From Candidatus Woesearchaeota archaeon (GTDB lineage Archaea > Nanobdellota > Nanobdellia > Pacearchaeales > GW2011-AR1), in NCBI GenBank assembly GCA_964617015.1, contig CAZTVG010000001.1, positions 46,584 to 110,583 of the forward strand: a stretch of DNA of 64,000 nucleotides, read 5' to 3'. The notes under the pieces were generated by a model. That model ran no database searches, was not told where the DNA came from, and saw only the letters and a program-made list of their open reading frames with translations. A program made the position numbers and the translations under genes. The stretch's first letter is position 1. Every line of letters begins with the position of its first letter. Of this stretch, positions 1-8,203 are shown piece by piece.

Positions 1-1184
1 CCTTCGCCGGCATATGCTCTTGGCAATTGTCCTTTTCTTGAATAAATTTCAAAATCTTTTGGTTCAATAACAACTTTTACAGGAATATCATACTTTACTG
101 AAAACTCAAAATCACGCTGATCGTGGGCAGGAACAGCCATAACCATTCCGCTTCCATAATCAGCAATAACAAAATTTCCCGCATAAACAGGAACTTTCTC
201 CCCATTTATAGGATTTATAGCATAGCTTCCTGTAAAAACTCCTTCTTTCTCAAGAAGTTCTGAATTTTTTTCGCTGGCAGATTTTATTTTTTTCAGGAAA
301 GTTTCAACTTCTTTCTTTTGCTCTTTTTTTACAAGTTCAGCAAGTCTTGAGTGCTGGGCAGAAATAACCATGAAAGTTACCCCATAAATTGTGTCCGGCC
401 TTGTCGTAAAAACAGACCATTTCTTTCCTTCAACCTCAAAATCAATCTCTGTTCCGCGAGATTTTCCAATCCAGTTCTTTTGCATAACCTTAATTTTATC
501 AGGCCATTTCAAATCATCAACCATGTCCAGAATTTCTTCAACATAATCTGTTGTTTTTATGAACCACTGCTCCAGTTGTTTAATCTTAACTTCTGTATCA
601 GGATGTCTCCAGCATTTTCCTCTGTGAACCTGCTCATTAGCCAGAACAGTATTGCATTCAGGACACCAGTTAACAGGAGCTTTTTTTCTATAGACAAGCC
701 CCTTCTCAAGAAATTTCAAAAAGAAAAACTGATTCCATTTATAATATTCAGGTTTGTGAGTTTCAATAATGCGGGACCAGTCATAACTTAATCCAAACTC
801 TTTCTGCTGTTTTATGAAATGGTTAATAGACTTCTCTGTAAATTTCTTTGGATGAACTTTTTCCTGAATTGCCGCGTTTTCAGCAGGCAATCCAAAACTA
901 TCATAACCCATAGGATACAAAACATTGAAACCTTGCATTCGCTTAAATCTCGCATAAATATCCCCTATAGTATAGTTGAAGGCATGACCCATATGCAAGT
1001 CAGAACCAGAAGGGTAAGGGTACATCTCCAGAACATAAAATTTTTCCTTTTTATTTTCTTTCACCTGAAAAATTTTGGATTTTTCCCATTTTTTCTGCCA
1101 TTTTCGTTCTATTTCTGCAAAATTCAGAGAATTTTGGAGCCTAGAGAATTTTCTGGTTTCTTTGGTTTTAAAATTTCTTTTCAT
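1..1184 (-). CDS. leuS: leucyl-tRNA synthetase, N-terminal part (3' end of gene lies beyond window start)
   Basis: Minus-strand ORF with ATG at 1184-1182. Translation MKRNFKTKE...FYVLEMYPYPSGSDLHMGHAFNYTIGDIYARFKRMQGFNVLYPMGYD carries the class I HIGH motif in the P-Y-P-S-G-x-LHMGH context typical of LeuRS. Plus-strand ORFs 351-791 and 819-1277 are antisense artefacts. Confidence 0.85.
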   Translation of the reverse strand, partial: MKRNFKTKETRKFSRLQNSLNFAEIERKWQKKWEKSKIFQVKENKKEKFYVLEMYPYPSGSDLHMGHAFNYTIGDIYARFKRMQGFNVLYPMGYDSFGLPAENAAIQEKVHPKKFTEKSINHFIKQQKEFGLSYDWSRIIETHKPEYYKWNQFFFLKFLEKGLVYRKKAPVNWCPECNTVLANEQVHRGKCWRHPDTEVKIKQLEQWFIKTTDYVEEILDMVDDLKWPDKIKVMQKNWIGKSRGTEIDFEVEGKKWSVFTTRPDTIYGVTFMVISAQHSRLAELVKKEQKKEVETFLKKIKSASEKNSELLEKEGVFTGSYAINPINGEKVPVYAGNFVIADYGSGMVMAVPAHDQRDFEFSVKYDIPVKVVIEPKDFEIYSRKGQLPRAYAGE

Positions 1185-1245
1185 TTGATTAATACTAATG
1201 AAACTATTCAGCAACTTTTAAATATTATCCTTAACTGTAAAAGAT

Positions 1246-1764
1246 ATGGAGAAAATCATAGCCCATATCGTTGGTGAAAGTGTTTCAAGTAATTCTGCAG
1301 AAGCATTTTCACTTTATAAAAAAAGCGCATTCGGAGAGCCTGTTGGTGAAAAAGTTCAGTATTCTTTGTCAGAAGCACTTTTTCTTGTTGAAAGAGGAAA
1401 GATGGAAATCTTCTTGAGAGGAAAGGAAATTTCCTCAAAAGAATTAATGAAAAAATTCCAGAAAACTGATAAAAAAATATATATTAAGTATCCTGTTTTC
1501 AGAGACTTAAGAGAAAGAGGTTATATTATAAAAACAGCTCTTAAATTCGGAGCAGATTTCAGAGTTTATGAGAAAGGCACTAAACCAGGGGGAAAACATG
1601 CAAAGTGGATAGTTTTTGCTGACCATGAATCTAAAAGTCTGACCTGGCATGAATTCTCTGCAAAAAATCGTGTCGCCCACAGTACAAAAAAGAATTTACT
1701 TTTGGCAGTTGTCGATGAAGAAGAAGATGTAAGTTATTATGAAGTTAAATGGATAAGACCATAG
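1246..1764 (+). CDS. endA: tRNA-splicing endonuclease
   Basis: 172 aa. C-terminal catalytic region GADFRVYEKG...HAKWIVF...K (Tyr/His/Lys triad pattern of archaeal EndA). Consistent with the intron-containing tRNA in the window. Confidence 0.7.
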   Translation: MEKIIAHIVGESVSSNSAEAFSLYKKSAFGEPVGEKVQYSLSEALFLVERGKMEIFLRGKEISSKELMKKFQKTDKKIYIKYPVFRDLRERGYIIKTALKFGADFRVYEKGTKPGGKHAKWIVFADHESKSLTWHEFSAKNRVAHSTKKNLLLAVVDEEEDVSYYEVKWIRP

Positions 1765-1845
1765 GCATTTTTCTTTAAAAAATGACTTCGCCGTTTTGCG
1801 GCGGCGTAAGAGAAAATTTATAATCCTTCAATTTGTCTTTCAAAC

Positions 1846-2691
1846 ATGATTAAAGATACATCAGAAATAAAGGAAAAAATAATTTCTGTTCTAAGGAAAA
1901 ATGGTCCAAGCCTTCCTGTTCACATTGCAAGGGAAATAGAATCAAACATGCTTTTTACATCAGCTTTCCTTTCTGAACTTGCTGCTGAAAAAAGAATAAA
2001 GATAAGTAACATGAAAGTTGGAAATTCTCCCTTATATTTTATTCAAGGACAGGATCCAATGCTTGAAAAATTTTCTCAGTATTTGAAAAGCAGGGAAAAA
2101 GATGCCTTCGCGTCTCTGAAAGAAAGAAAATTTTTGGAAGATAACGAACAAGAACCTGCAATTCGCGTGGCTTTAAGGGAAATAAAAGATTTTGCAGTGC
2201 CTTTCAAAAAAGAAGGAGAAATTATCTGGAGATATTTTACTGTCTCCGAGAAAGAATTTAAAATAAAGGAAAAACCAAAGTTAATAGCAAAGAAAGAAAC
2301 AAAAAAAATAGAACCTGAAAAAGAAAGAACACTTGATATTTTTGACAAGCCAGGAAGAGCAAAAACTTCAAAAAAAATTTCCAGAGAAAAAGAAAACAAA
2401 TTATTCAGTAAAGTAAAAGAATTTTTATCAGAAAAATCAATGGAGATTATAGATATCACAAACTTTAGTAAAAATGAAATATTGCTGCGTATCAGGGATA
2501 ATGGAGAAGAAAAACTTCTTATTGTATACAATAAAAGAAGAATAGGTGAAAATGATCTGATTAAAGCATCAAAAAAAGCTTCAGAATTCAATCTGCCTTA
2601 CATAATTATAGGCTTGGGCGAGCCATTAAAAAAAATGCGCGGGTTAATTGACGCCATAAAAAACCTGTCCTCTATAGAAAAACTAAAATAA
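1846..2691 (+). CDS. winged-helix DNA-binding protein (TFE-like N-terminus), function uncertain
   Basis: 281 aa. N-terminal wH-like segment KIISVLRKNGPSLPVHIAREIESNMLFTSAFLSELAAEKRIKI followed by a lysine-rich linker. No catalytic motif seen. Confidence 0.35.
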   Translation: MIKDTSEIKEKIISVLRKNGPSLPVHIAREIESNMLFTSAFLSELAAEKRIKISNMKVGNSPLYFIQGQDPMLEKFSQYLKSREKDAFASLKERKFLEDNEQEPAIRVALREIKDFAVPFKKEGEIIWRYFTVSEKEFKIKEKPKLIAKKETKKIEPEKERTLDIFDKPGRAKTSKKISREKENKLFSKVKEFLSEKSMEIIDITNFSKNEILLRIRDNGEEKLLIVYNKRRIGENDLIKASKKASEFNLPYIIIGLGEPLKKMRGLIDAIKNLSSIEKLK

Positions 2692-2725
2692 CAACTTTTA
2701 AAAATAAAGACATTTAATCAATAAG

Positions 2726-2905
2726 TATGGGAAAAATAAAGTCAAAACTTGTAAAAAGATCTGCTCATGAATTGATAAAGAGAGGAATCACATTCAGCAA
2801 TGATTTCGAAGAAAACAAAAAAGTTCTCGGAAGAACTATGCCTAGCAAAAAAATAAGAAATCAGATGGCAGGTTACATTGCAAAACTAAAAAAGAAAGAA
2901 AAATA
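2726..2905 (+). CDS. rps17e: ribosomal protein eS17 (S17e)
   Basis: 59 aa, not in ORF track. MGKIKSKLVKRSAHELIKRGITFSNDFEENKKVLGRTMPSKKIRNQMAGYIAKL matches the S17e pattern MGxVRTKxVKRxAxxLIEKY...SKRLRNKIAGY. Confidence 0.75.
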
Positions 2906-2963
2906 ATAACTTTTCTGTTAATATTACCTTAAAGCTTTTAAATTAAGTATTTCTTTTAATTTT

Positions 2964-3035
2964 GGCTGCATAGCTCAGTGGCAGAGCACTAGTCTCATGA
3001 GCTAGGGGTCCTGGGTTCAACTCCCAGTGCAGCCA
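2964..3035 (+). tRNA. tRNA-Met/Ile2 (anticodon CAU)
   Basis: Cloverleaf GGCTGCA-TA-GCTC..GAGC-A-CTAGT-CTCATGA-GCTAG-GGGTC-CTGGG-TTCAACT-CCCAG-TGCAGCC-A; anticodon loop CUCAUGA. Confidence 0.75.
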
Positions 3036-3093
3036 TTTTATTTGTATAGTTATTTGCAATAATCTTTTTTAACCCATAATAAATTAAGAATAA

Positions 3094-3468
3094 ATGATTG
3101 AATGGCTTGAGAAAAATAGATATGCGGCAATAATCTTAACGATGCTGATTGCAGCAGAAATCTTCTATTTTTCTTCAATTCCAGGTGGGTCTCCTAGGAT
3201 GGGGGGAGGAATAAGAATTTCAATTATTTATCATTTTTTGGTATTTTTTTTATTTAGTTTTTTTCTTTTGCTCTCTATAATTGGTAACAAAAAAATAAAA
3301 ATAAGTTATGTGGTAATCACTTTAATAATATCTGTAATATACGCGGTTTTAGATGAATTTCATCAGATGTTTGTGGCTTTTAGAAATCCTTCGATACAGG
3401 ATGTTTTAACAAATACAATTGGAATTTTTTCATCTATAATACTATATTTTTATTATAGAAAAAAATAA
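3094..3468 (+). CDS. small integral membrane protein (VanZ-like?)
   Basis: 124 aa, about 4 predicted TM helices. No assignable motif. Confidence 0.4.
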   Translation: MIEWLEKNRYAAIILTMLIAAEIFYFSSIPGGSPRMGGGIRISIIYHFLVFFLFSFFLLLSIIGNKKIKISYVVITLIISVIYAVLDEFHQMFVAFRNPSIQDVLTNTIGIFSSIILYFYYRKK

Positions 3469-3470
3469 AA

Positions 3471-3818
3471 TTATCCGATAATTTTTAAGCCATCGTTCTT
3501 TTTCCTTGGCACAATATGAAAATGAACATGCTTTATAATCTGCCCTGCTACGTCAAAATTATTACTTATTAGATTAAAACCCTCAGAATTGTTCATTTTT
3601 ATTAGCTTTATAGCTGTCTGTTTAATGCAGTCCAAAAGCTCTTGACCAAGGGTTGAATTAAGATCAAGTATTGTTTTAAAATGTTTTTTGGAAATAATTA
3701 AGCTATGCCCTTTGATTATTGGATTTTTGTCTGGAATAGAATAAAAATTCTCATTTTCATAAATTTTATTTGCTGGTATATTCCCTTCGGCTATCTTACA
3801 AAAAACACACTCTTCCAT
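3471..3818 (-). CDS. HIT family (histidine triad) protein
   Basis: 115 aa. Canonical HIT motif HVHFHIVPR and N-terminal CVFCKI... Confidence 0.8.
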   Translation of the reverse strand: MEECVFCKIAEGNIPANKIYENENFYSIPDKNPIIKGHSLIISKKHFKTILDLNSTLGQELLDCIKQTAIKLIKMNNSEGFNLISNNFDVAGQIIKHVHFHIVPRKKNDGLKIIG

Positions 3819-3903
3819 GAAAGTAAAAGAAAAAAATAGTTTAAAAATATGTTGTAAAGATATTATACAATAAGAAAATGATATAAAAAAATCTCAATCT
3901 TAC

Positions 3904-4026
3904 CTATCTTTTCCTTCTTCTAGGTGCAGCTCTTCTTCTTGAAGAACTTCTCTTAGGTGCTGCTTTTCTTCTTGAAGGCCTTCTTCTAGAAGTTTTTCTT
4001 GCAGCTTTTCTTCTTCTTGCAGCCAT
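3904..4026 (-). CDS. arginine-rich 40-aa microprotein (MAARRRKAARKTSRRRPSRRKAAPKRSSSRRRAAPRRRKR), not in ORF track
   Basis: Intact ATG..TAG ORF between HIT and glyS on the same strand. Built from about three imperfect 33-nt tandem units. Could be a nucleic-acid-binding peptide or a non-coding repeat. Confidence 0.3.
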   Translation of the reverse strand: MAARRRKAARKTSRRRPSRRKAAPKRSSSRRRAAPRRRKR

Positions 4027-4147
4027 ATTTTTTCCTCTTTTTATTTTAATTATTTATATTAAGAATATTTTATTTATAAATCTTTCTTGAATAATTTTTA
4101 ATGTTTTTTGATAGATTAAATTTTACCGTCGGTAAATCTAGAACTTC

Positions 4148-5818
4148 TCAGATTTTTTTTCTCGTGCTTATTATTTTTCCAAAATCAGATAATTTTTTAT
4201 TTTCATAAATAATTTTTCTAAAAATTTCTTTCAAATCTTTTATTTTAATTCTTATCTGATCTGTCGTATCTCTGTCACGGATTGTGGCGTCTTTTTTCTT
4301 TAGACTATCTTGGTCAATTGTTATGCAAAAAGGAGTTCCTATTTCATCATTTCGGGCATATCGTCTTCCTATGCTTCCTGACTTATCATAAATAACATTC
4401 CATTCTCTCCTTAAATCTTCAAAAATTTCCTTAGAAAGTTTTTCATACCTTTCTTTTTTTACAATCGGAAACACTGCTGCTTTTATCGGCGCAAGTTTTG
4501 GCTGCAGTTTTAACACCACATTTCCCCTTTCTTTATCATAAAAATAAGAGTCAAACATAAAAACCAAGAAAGCTCTTTCAACACCAAGGCTTGGCTCACA
4601 AATAACATGGGGGAGAATTTTGCCTTTTGAGATTTCATCAAAAATCTTTAAATCTTTTTTTGAAGATTTCTCATGCTGGCTCAAATCATAGTTTCCGCGG
4701 TCAGCAATTCCTTCAAGTTCTTTCCATCCAAAAGGAAAATTATATTCAATATCCCATGTATCTGTTGAATAATGTGAAAGCTCACTTTTAGGATGCTGTC
4801 TTATTCTGAAATTTTCAGAATTTGCTCCTAAATTAAGAAACCATGATAGTTCTGTCGCAAGCCAATAGGCATGCCAGTATTTTTTTATTATTCCTTTCTT
4901 TAAAGCATCTTTTATTTTCATTTTTACTGGCTCCTGATTTTTTTCCTGAGCTTCTGCAGAGTAAACAAAAATTTTCACATCAGGAATTTTATGAGAATGG
5001 GAACTTTCCTCGGGATTTATAAAATACTCTATTTCCATCTGCTCAAACTCTCTTGAACGAAATAAAAAATCTCTTGGAGCAATTTCATTCCTGAAAGCTT
5101 TTCCTATCTGTGCAATTCCAAAAGGAAGTTTCATTCTGGAGTTTTCATAAACAGATTTAAAGTTAGTAAAAATAAGTTGCGCTGTTTCTGGTCTGAGATA
5201 AGCTTTTCCTGATTCCCCAACGTTTGTTTCAAACATTAACTTAAATTCTTTTGCGGTTTTCTCGTCGTAATCCCCTCCGCAGAATTCACACTTGACTTTA
5301 CCAAGTTCATTTCTGTCAACTTTTCCCGGTTTTCTGCATTTCTTACATACAACAATTAAATCTGAAAAACTGTCTATATGCCCTGATGCTTCCCAGGTCT
5401 GAGGATGAGTTATAATAGAGCCATCAATTCCCACAATATCTTCTCTTCCTGTAACATGAAACTGCCACCACGCTTTCTTGATATTGTTTTTCATCTCAAC
5501 GCCAAGATGCCCGAAATCCCAGAATCCTGCAAAACCTCCGTAAATTTCTCCAGACTGATAAACAAAACCCCTTCTTTTGCAAAAAACTGCCATATCTTCA
5601 ATTGAAATTTTTGTTGGTTTTTCCTGAACAGGTTTCTTTTTTATTGGTTCCTTTTGTTTTGGTTTCTTAAGAATTTCTTTTGCTTTCTTCTCAGCTCCTT
5701 TTTTCGTTTTGCCAAGGTAAGCAATAGTCTTTGTCTTTACTTTACCATTCACTCTCTTATTTTCATTAAGATAGTAATATTCTCTGTCATGAATTTTTTT
5801 CTTAACAATAAATGCCAT
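4148..5818 (-). CDS. glyS: glycyl-tRNA synthetase (archaeal/eukaryotic type) with about 80-aa lysine-rich N-terminal extension
   Basis: Class II motifs, e.g. FGIAQIGKAFRNEIAPRDFLFRSREFEQMEIEYF. RRGFVYQSGEIYGG marks the GlyRS core start after a K-rich extension. Confidence 0.85.
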   Translation of the reverse strand: MAFIVKKKIHDREYYYLNENKRVNGKVKTKTIAYLGKTKKGAEKKAKEILKKPKQKEPIKKKPVQEKPTKISIEDMAVFCKRRGFVYQSGEIYGGFAGFWDFGHLGVEMKNNIKKAWWQFHVTGREDIVGIDGSIITHPQTWEASGHIDSFSDLIVVCKKCRKPGKVDRNELGKVKCEFCGGDYDEKTAKEFKLMFETNVGESGKAYLRPETAQLIFTNFKSVYENSRMKLPFGIAQIGKAFRNEIAPRDFLFRSREFEQMEIEYFINPEESSHSHKIPDVKIFVYSAEAQEKNQEPVKMKIKDALKKGIIKKYWHAYWLATELSWFLNLGANSENFRIRQHPKSELSHYSTDTWDIEYNFPFGWKELEGIADRGNYDLSQHEKSSKKDLKIFDEISKGKILPHVICEPSLGVERAFLVFMFDSYFYDKERGNVVLKLQPKLAPIKAAVFPIVKKERYEKLSKEIFEDLRREWNVIYDKSGSIGRRYARNDEIGTPFCITIDQDSLKKKDATIRDRDTTDQIRIKIKDLKEIFRKIIYENKKLSDFGKIISTRKKI

Positions 5819-5927
5819 GGTAAGACACCTGTCTCTCCAAATTTTTAAGGGTCAACTTCCCTTTAATTTTGTTAAACATGTTATTAGGCACTACAAAGAA
5901 ATATTTAAACCTTTTGGTAGGCACTAC

Positions 5928-7964
5928 TTATTGCCTGAACTTAAATCTAAGAAAGTCCTTTAATGATACCCCTGATTTCCTCATGTATCTGACAATAAAG
6001 AATATTGCCACAAGAACAACAACGACTATCAAGAATATGATGAATCCTCCTGCTCCTCCTTCTCCACCGAAGATTGCGAATCCTGCTGTAGGAGTTCCGC
6101 TTATAACAACTCTCTCCTGTACAGAAGCAGAATAAATCTCAGAGTTCAAATCTGCCACAAGCGTAAGTTCTCCTTCCAAGGCTTCATCTACAGGAACCAC
6201 AGCTAAAAATTCCTCAAGAGCATTTGCTGCAAGCGCCTGACTTGTACTAACTTCTGCCACCTTCTCGATATCTTTTAAAAGCGATAATCCAATTTCAACA
6301 TTTTGGTCTTCACCAGAAAGTTCTTCTAATGAATAAGTTACTTCAACTTCATTTTGTTCTGTTCTTTCAACACTAATTAATCCAAATTCTAATTTCTTTT
6401 CTACAACCTCAACAGTGAAAAGATCGGCTACGTCTGTGCCAGGACAGTCCAAAGATACACCTAAGCCGTAGGACCCTGCCGCAGTTCCCTCAGGAACAAC
6501 TACATCAAAGACAAAAGTGTGTTTTTCTCCTGCATTCAAATCAAGTGTTTCGGTATGACTTATCCATGAAGAAACTTCCCCTACACTTTCAAACAAGCAT
6601 GCTTGTAGCGGAAAAGTCAAAACGCTTTCAACGCTCCATGTAATTTCCCTAGTTTCACCAGGATTCATTGTCAAACTCTGAATGTCTTCTAATATTAACT
6701 TGACTATCTCGGTAACTTCTGTAGTTGTTCCTGTAATATTACTCTCTTCTGAAGTCTTCTCTGGACTGCTGGATGGAGGAGGAGTGTCTACTGAAAATGA
6801 AGATGACTGGTGGTCAGAAGCACCCAATGAGTTATTTGCGTATAGGTTGAATACATAGTTTCCGTCGTCTGAAACATCAAAACTACTGCTACCGCAACCA
6901 GGAAGAGTTGTATTGATTCCATTATTAATATTATACCAACAAGTTAGATTATTTCCTACCTTGGTAAAACTTATGGAGATTCCTGTTTGTGAAGATTTTA
7001 TTCCTGTTGGTTCAGATATATTCAAAGATACAATTCCGAGAGAAGAACCAACGACAACACTTTCTAAATAAGGGCTTAAACTTGAATCAGAGCTAGTGAA
7101 ATCAGCTTGATACTGGAAGTATCTTCCTTCAAGACCAATATTGGTTAAATCAGATACAGTAACAAAACTCTCATTAGCGCAATCCGAAGAAGAGCAAACT
7201 CTAACCTGAAAAGTCAAATCTGCGCCTGTCGGAACCTCTGCAAAAATATAATCAAATTCTTCTGCAGGAGCTACTCCAGAGCCAGCACCCTCTCCAAACC
7301 ACAAAGCATTTGTTGAATTTCCAAGATTCAAAGTTACTTCAATTAATTCTCCTGTATCAGAAGTTACTGTAAAAGTTCCTAAGGCATTATTTCCTGATGT
7401 GTCTGATTGAGCATAAACCCCGACAACTTCGCTTTTATTCATCTTTGCATATATATTCAATATACTTCCAGAAGTCAAGTCACTAGCAAAATCCAAATCA
7501 AAATTACTTGAGTTTGACATGTCTGCCAAATAATAAACATCATCCTGAGAAGCTACTTCGGTAACACTATTCCCGTTGTGGATTGCAGAAGTTAAAAATA
7601 CATTATAGCTTCCTGGAATTCCCCCCTGCCATATTAAACTATCCCACTGCATTGTTGAATTTGCATCAAAAATCTCAGAGGTGTATGTTCCTGTATTTTG
7701 ACCAGAACTTAAAACTACAGCACTGCCATTATATCCTACTCCTGTGTAACTTCCCTTATCAAAGTCACTCCGGTTTTGTTGTTCAAAAACTGCAAATCCT
7801 GTGAAACCCCTGTCGCCAAGAAAAAATAAAGCAAGTAAGACTACTGCAACGATAAGAAGACCTATAAGGATATGATTACCTACCCCTCTTTTCATACCCC
7901 CACCTGCTCCTCTTTTCATACCCTCCTTAGGTTTTTCTGGTTTAAAAAGTTTTTTGAAATCCAA
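5928..7964 (-). CDS. cell-surface protein, N-terminal TM/signal and C-terminal TM anchor
   Basis: 678 aa. N-terminal hydrophobic segment ILIGLLIVAVVLLALFF, Thr/Ser/Asn-rich ectodomain, C-terminal GG-rich plus TM anchor FIIFLIVVVVLVAIFFIV followed by basic tail. Confidence 0.55.
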   Translation of the reverse strand: MDFKKLFKPEKPKEGMKRGAGGGMKRGVGNHILIGLLIVAVVLLALFFLGDRGFTGFAVFEQQNRSDFDKGSYTGVGYNGSAVVLSSGQNTGTYTSEIFDANSTMQWDSLIWQGGIPGSYNVFLTSAIHNGNSVTEVASQDDVYYLADMSNSSNFDLDFASDLTSGSILNIYAKMNKSEVVGVYAQSDTSGNNALGTFTVTSDTGELIEVTLNLGNSTNALWFGEGAGSGVAPAEEFDYIFAEVPTGADLTFQVRVCSSSDCANESFVTVSDLTNIGLEGRYFQYQADFTSSDSSLSPYLESVVVGSSLGIVSLNISEPTGIKSSQTGISISFTKVGNNLTCWYNINNGINTTLPGCGSSSFDVSDDGNYVFNLYANNSLGASDHQSSSFSVDTPPPSSSPEKTSEESNITGTTTEVTEIVKLILEDIQSLTMNPGETREITWSVESVLTFPLQACLFESVGEVSSWISHTETLDLNAGEKHTFVFDVVVPEGTAAGSYGLGVSLDCPGTDVADLFTVEVVEKKLEFGLISVERTEQNEVEVTYSLEELSGEDQNVEIGLSLLKDIEKVAEVSTSQALAANALEEFLAVVPVDEALEGELTLVADLNSEIYSASVQERVVISGTPTAGFAIFGGEGGAGGFIIFLIVVVVLVAIFFIVRYMRKSGVSLKDFLRFKFRQ

Positions 7965-8203
7965 TATATACTATAATTTTTAAAAATAAACTAAGATAAT
8001 GTAAATTATGTTTATATTTATCCTGAATTTGTAATTATTTCCATTTCCTCTTCAATTTTTATCCTAAATGGCCAGTTCAAATTGATATATTTTTCAGAAA
8101 GTTTCTATAACTCCCAGCCATCTGACTTTTAATAATACATACATAATAAGTATTAAAATCATAAATACATATATTTTTAAGTATTAATACATGTATAATA
8201 AGT

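Noticed and set aside
351-1277. Plus-strand ORFs 351-791 and 819-1277 from the six-frame track
   Set aside because: They are antisense to the clearly coding LeuRS gene (HIGH motif on the minus strand) and have low-complexity, unrecognisable translations.
1789-1803. GC-rich hairpin CGCCG-TTTTG-CGGCG just after endA
   Set aside because: Could be a terminator-like structure, but archaeal termination relies mainly on oligo-T. It is a single occurrence with no supporting pattern, so it is not called as a feature.
5869-6135. Plus-strand ORF 5869-6135 and other short ORFs overlapping annotated genes on the opposite strand (5405-5605, 7583-7804, 9116-9319, 10087-11654, 39209-39705, 41018-41754, etc.)
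   Set aside because: They overlap well-supported longer genes on the other strand and give unrecognisable translations.
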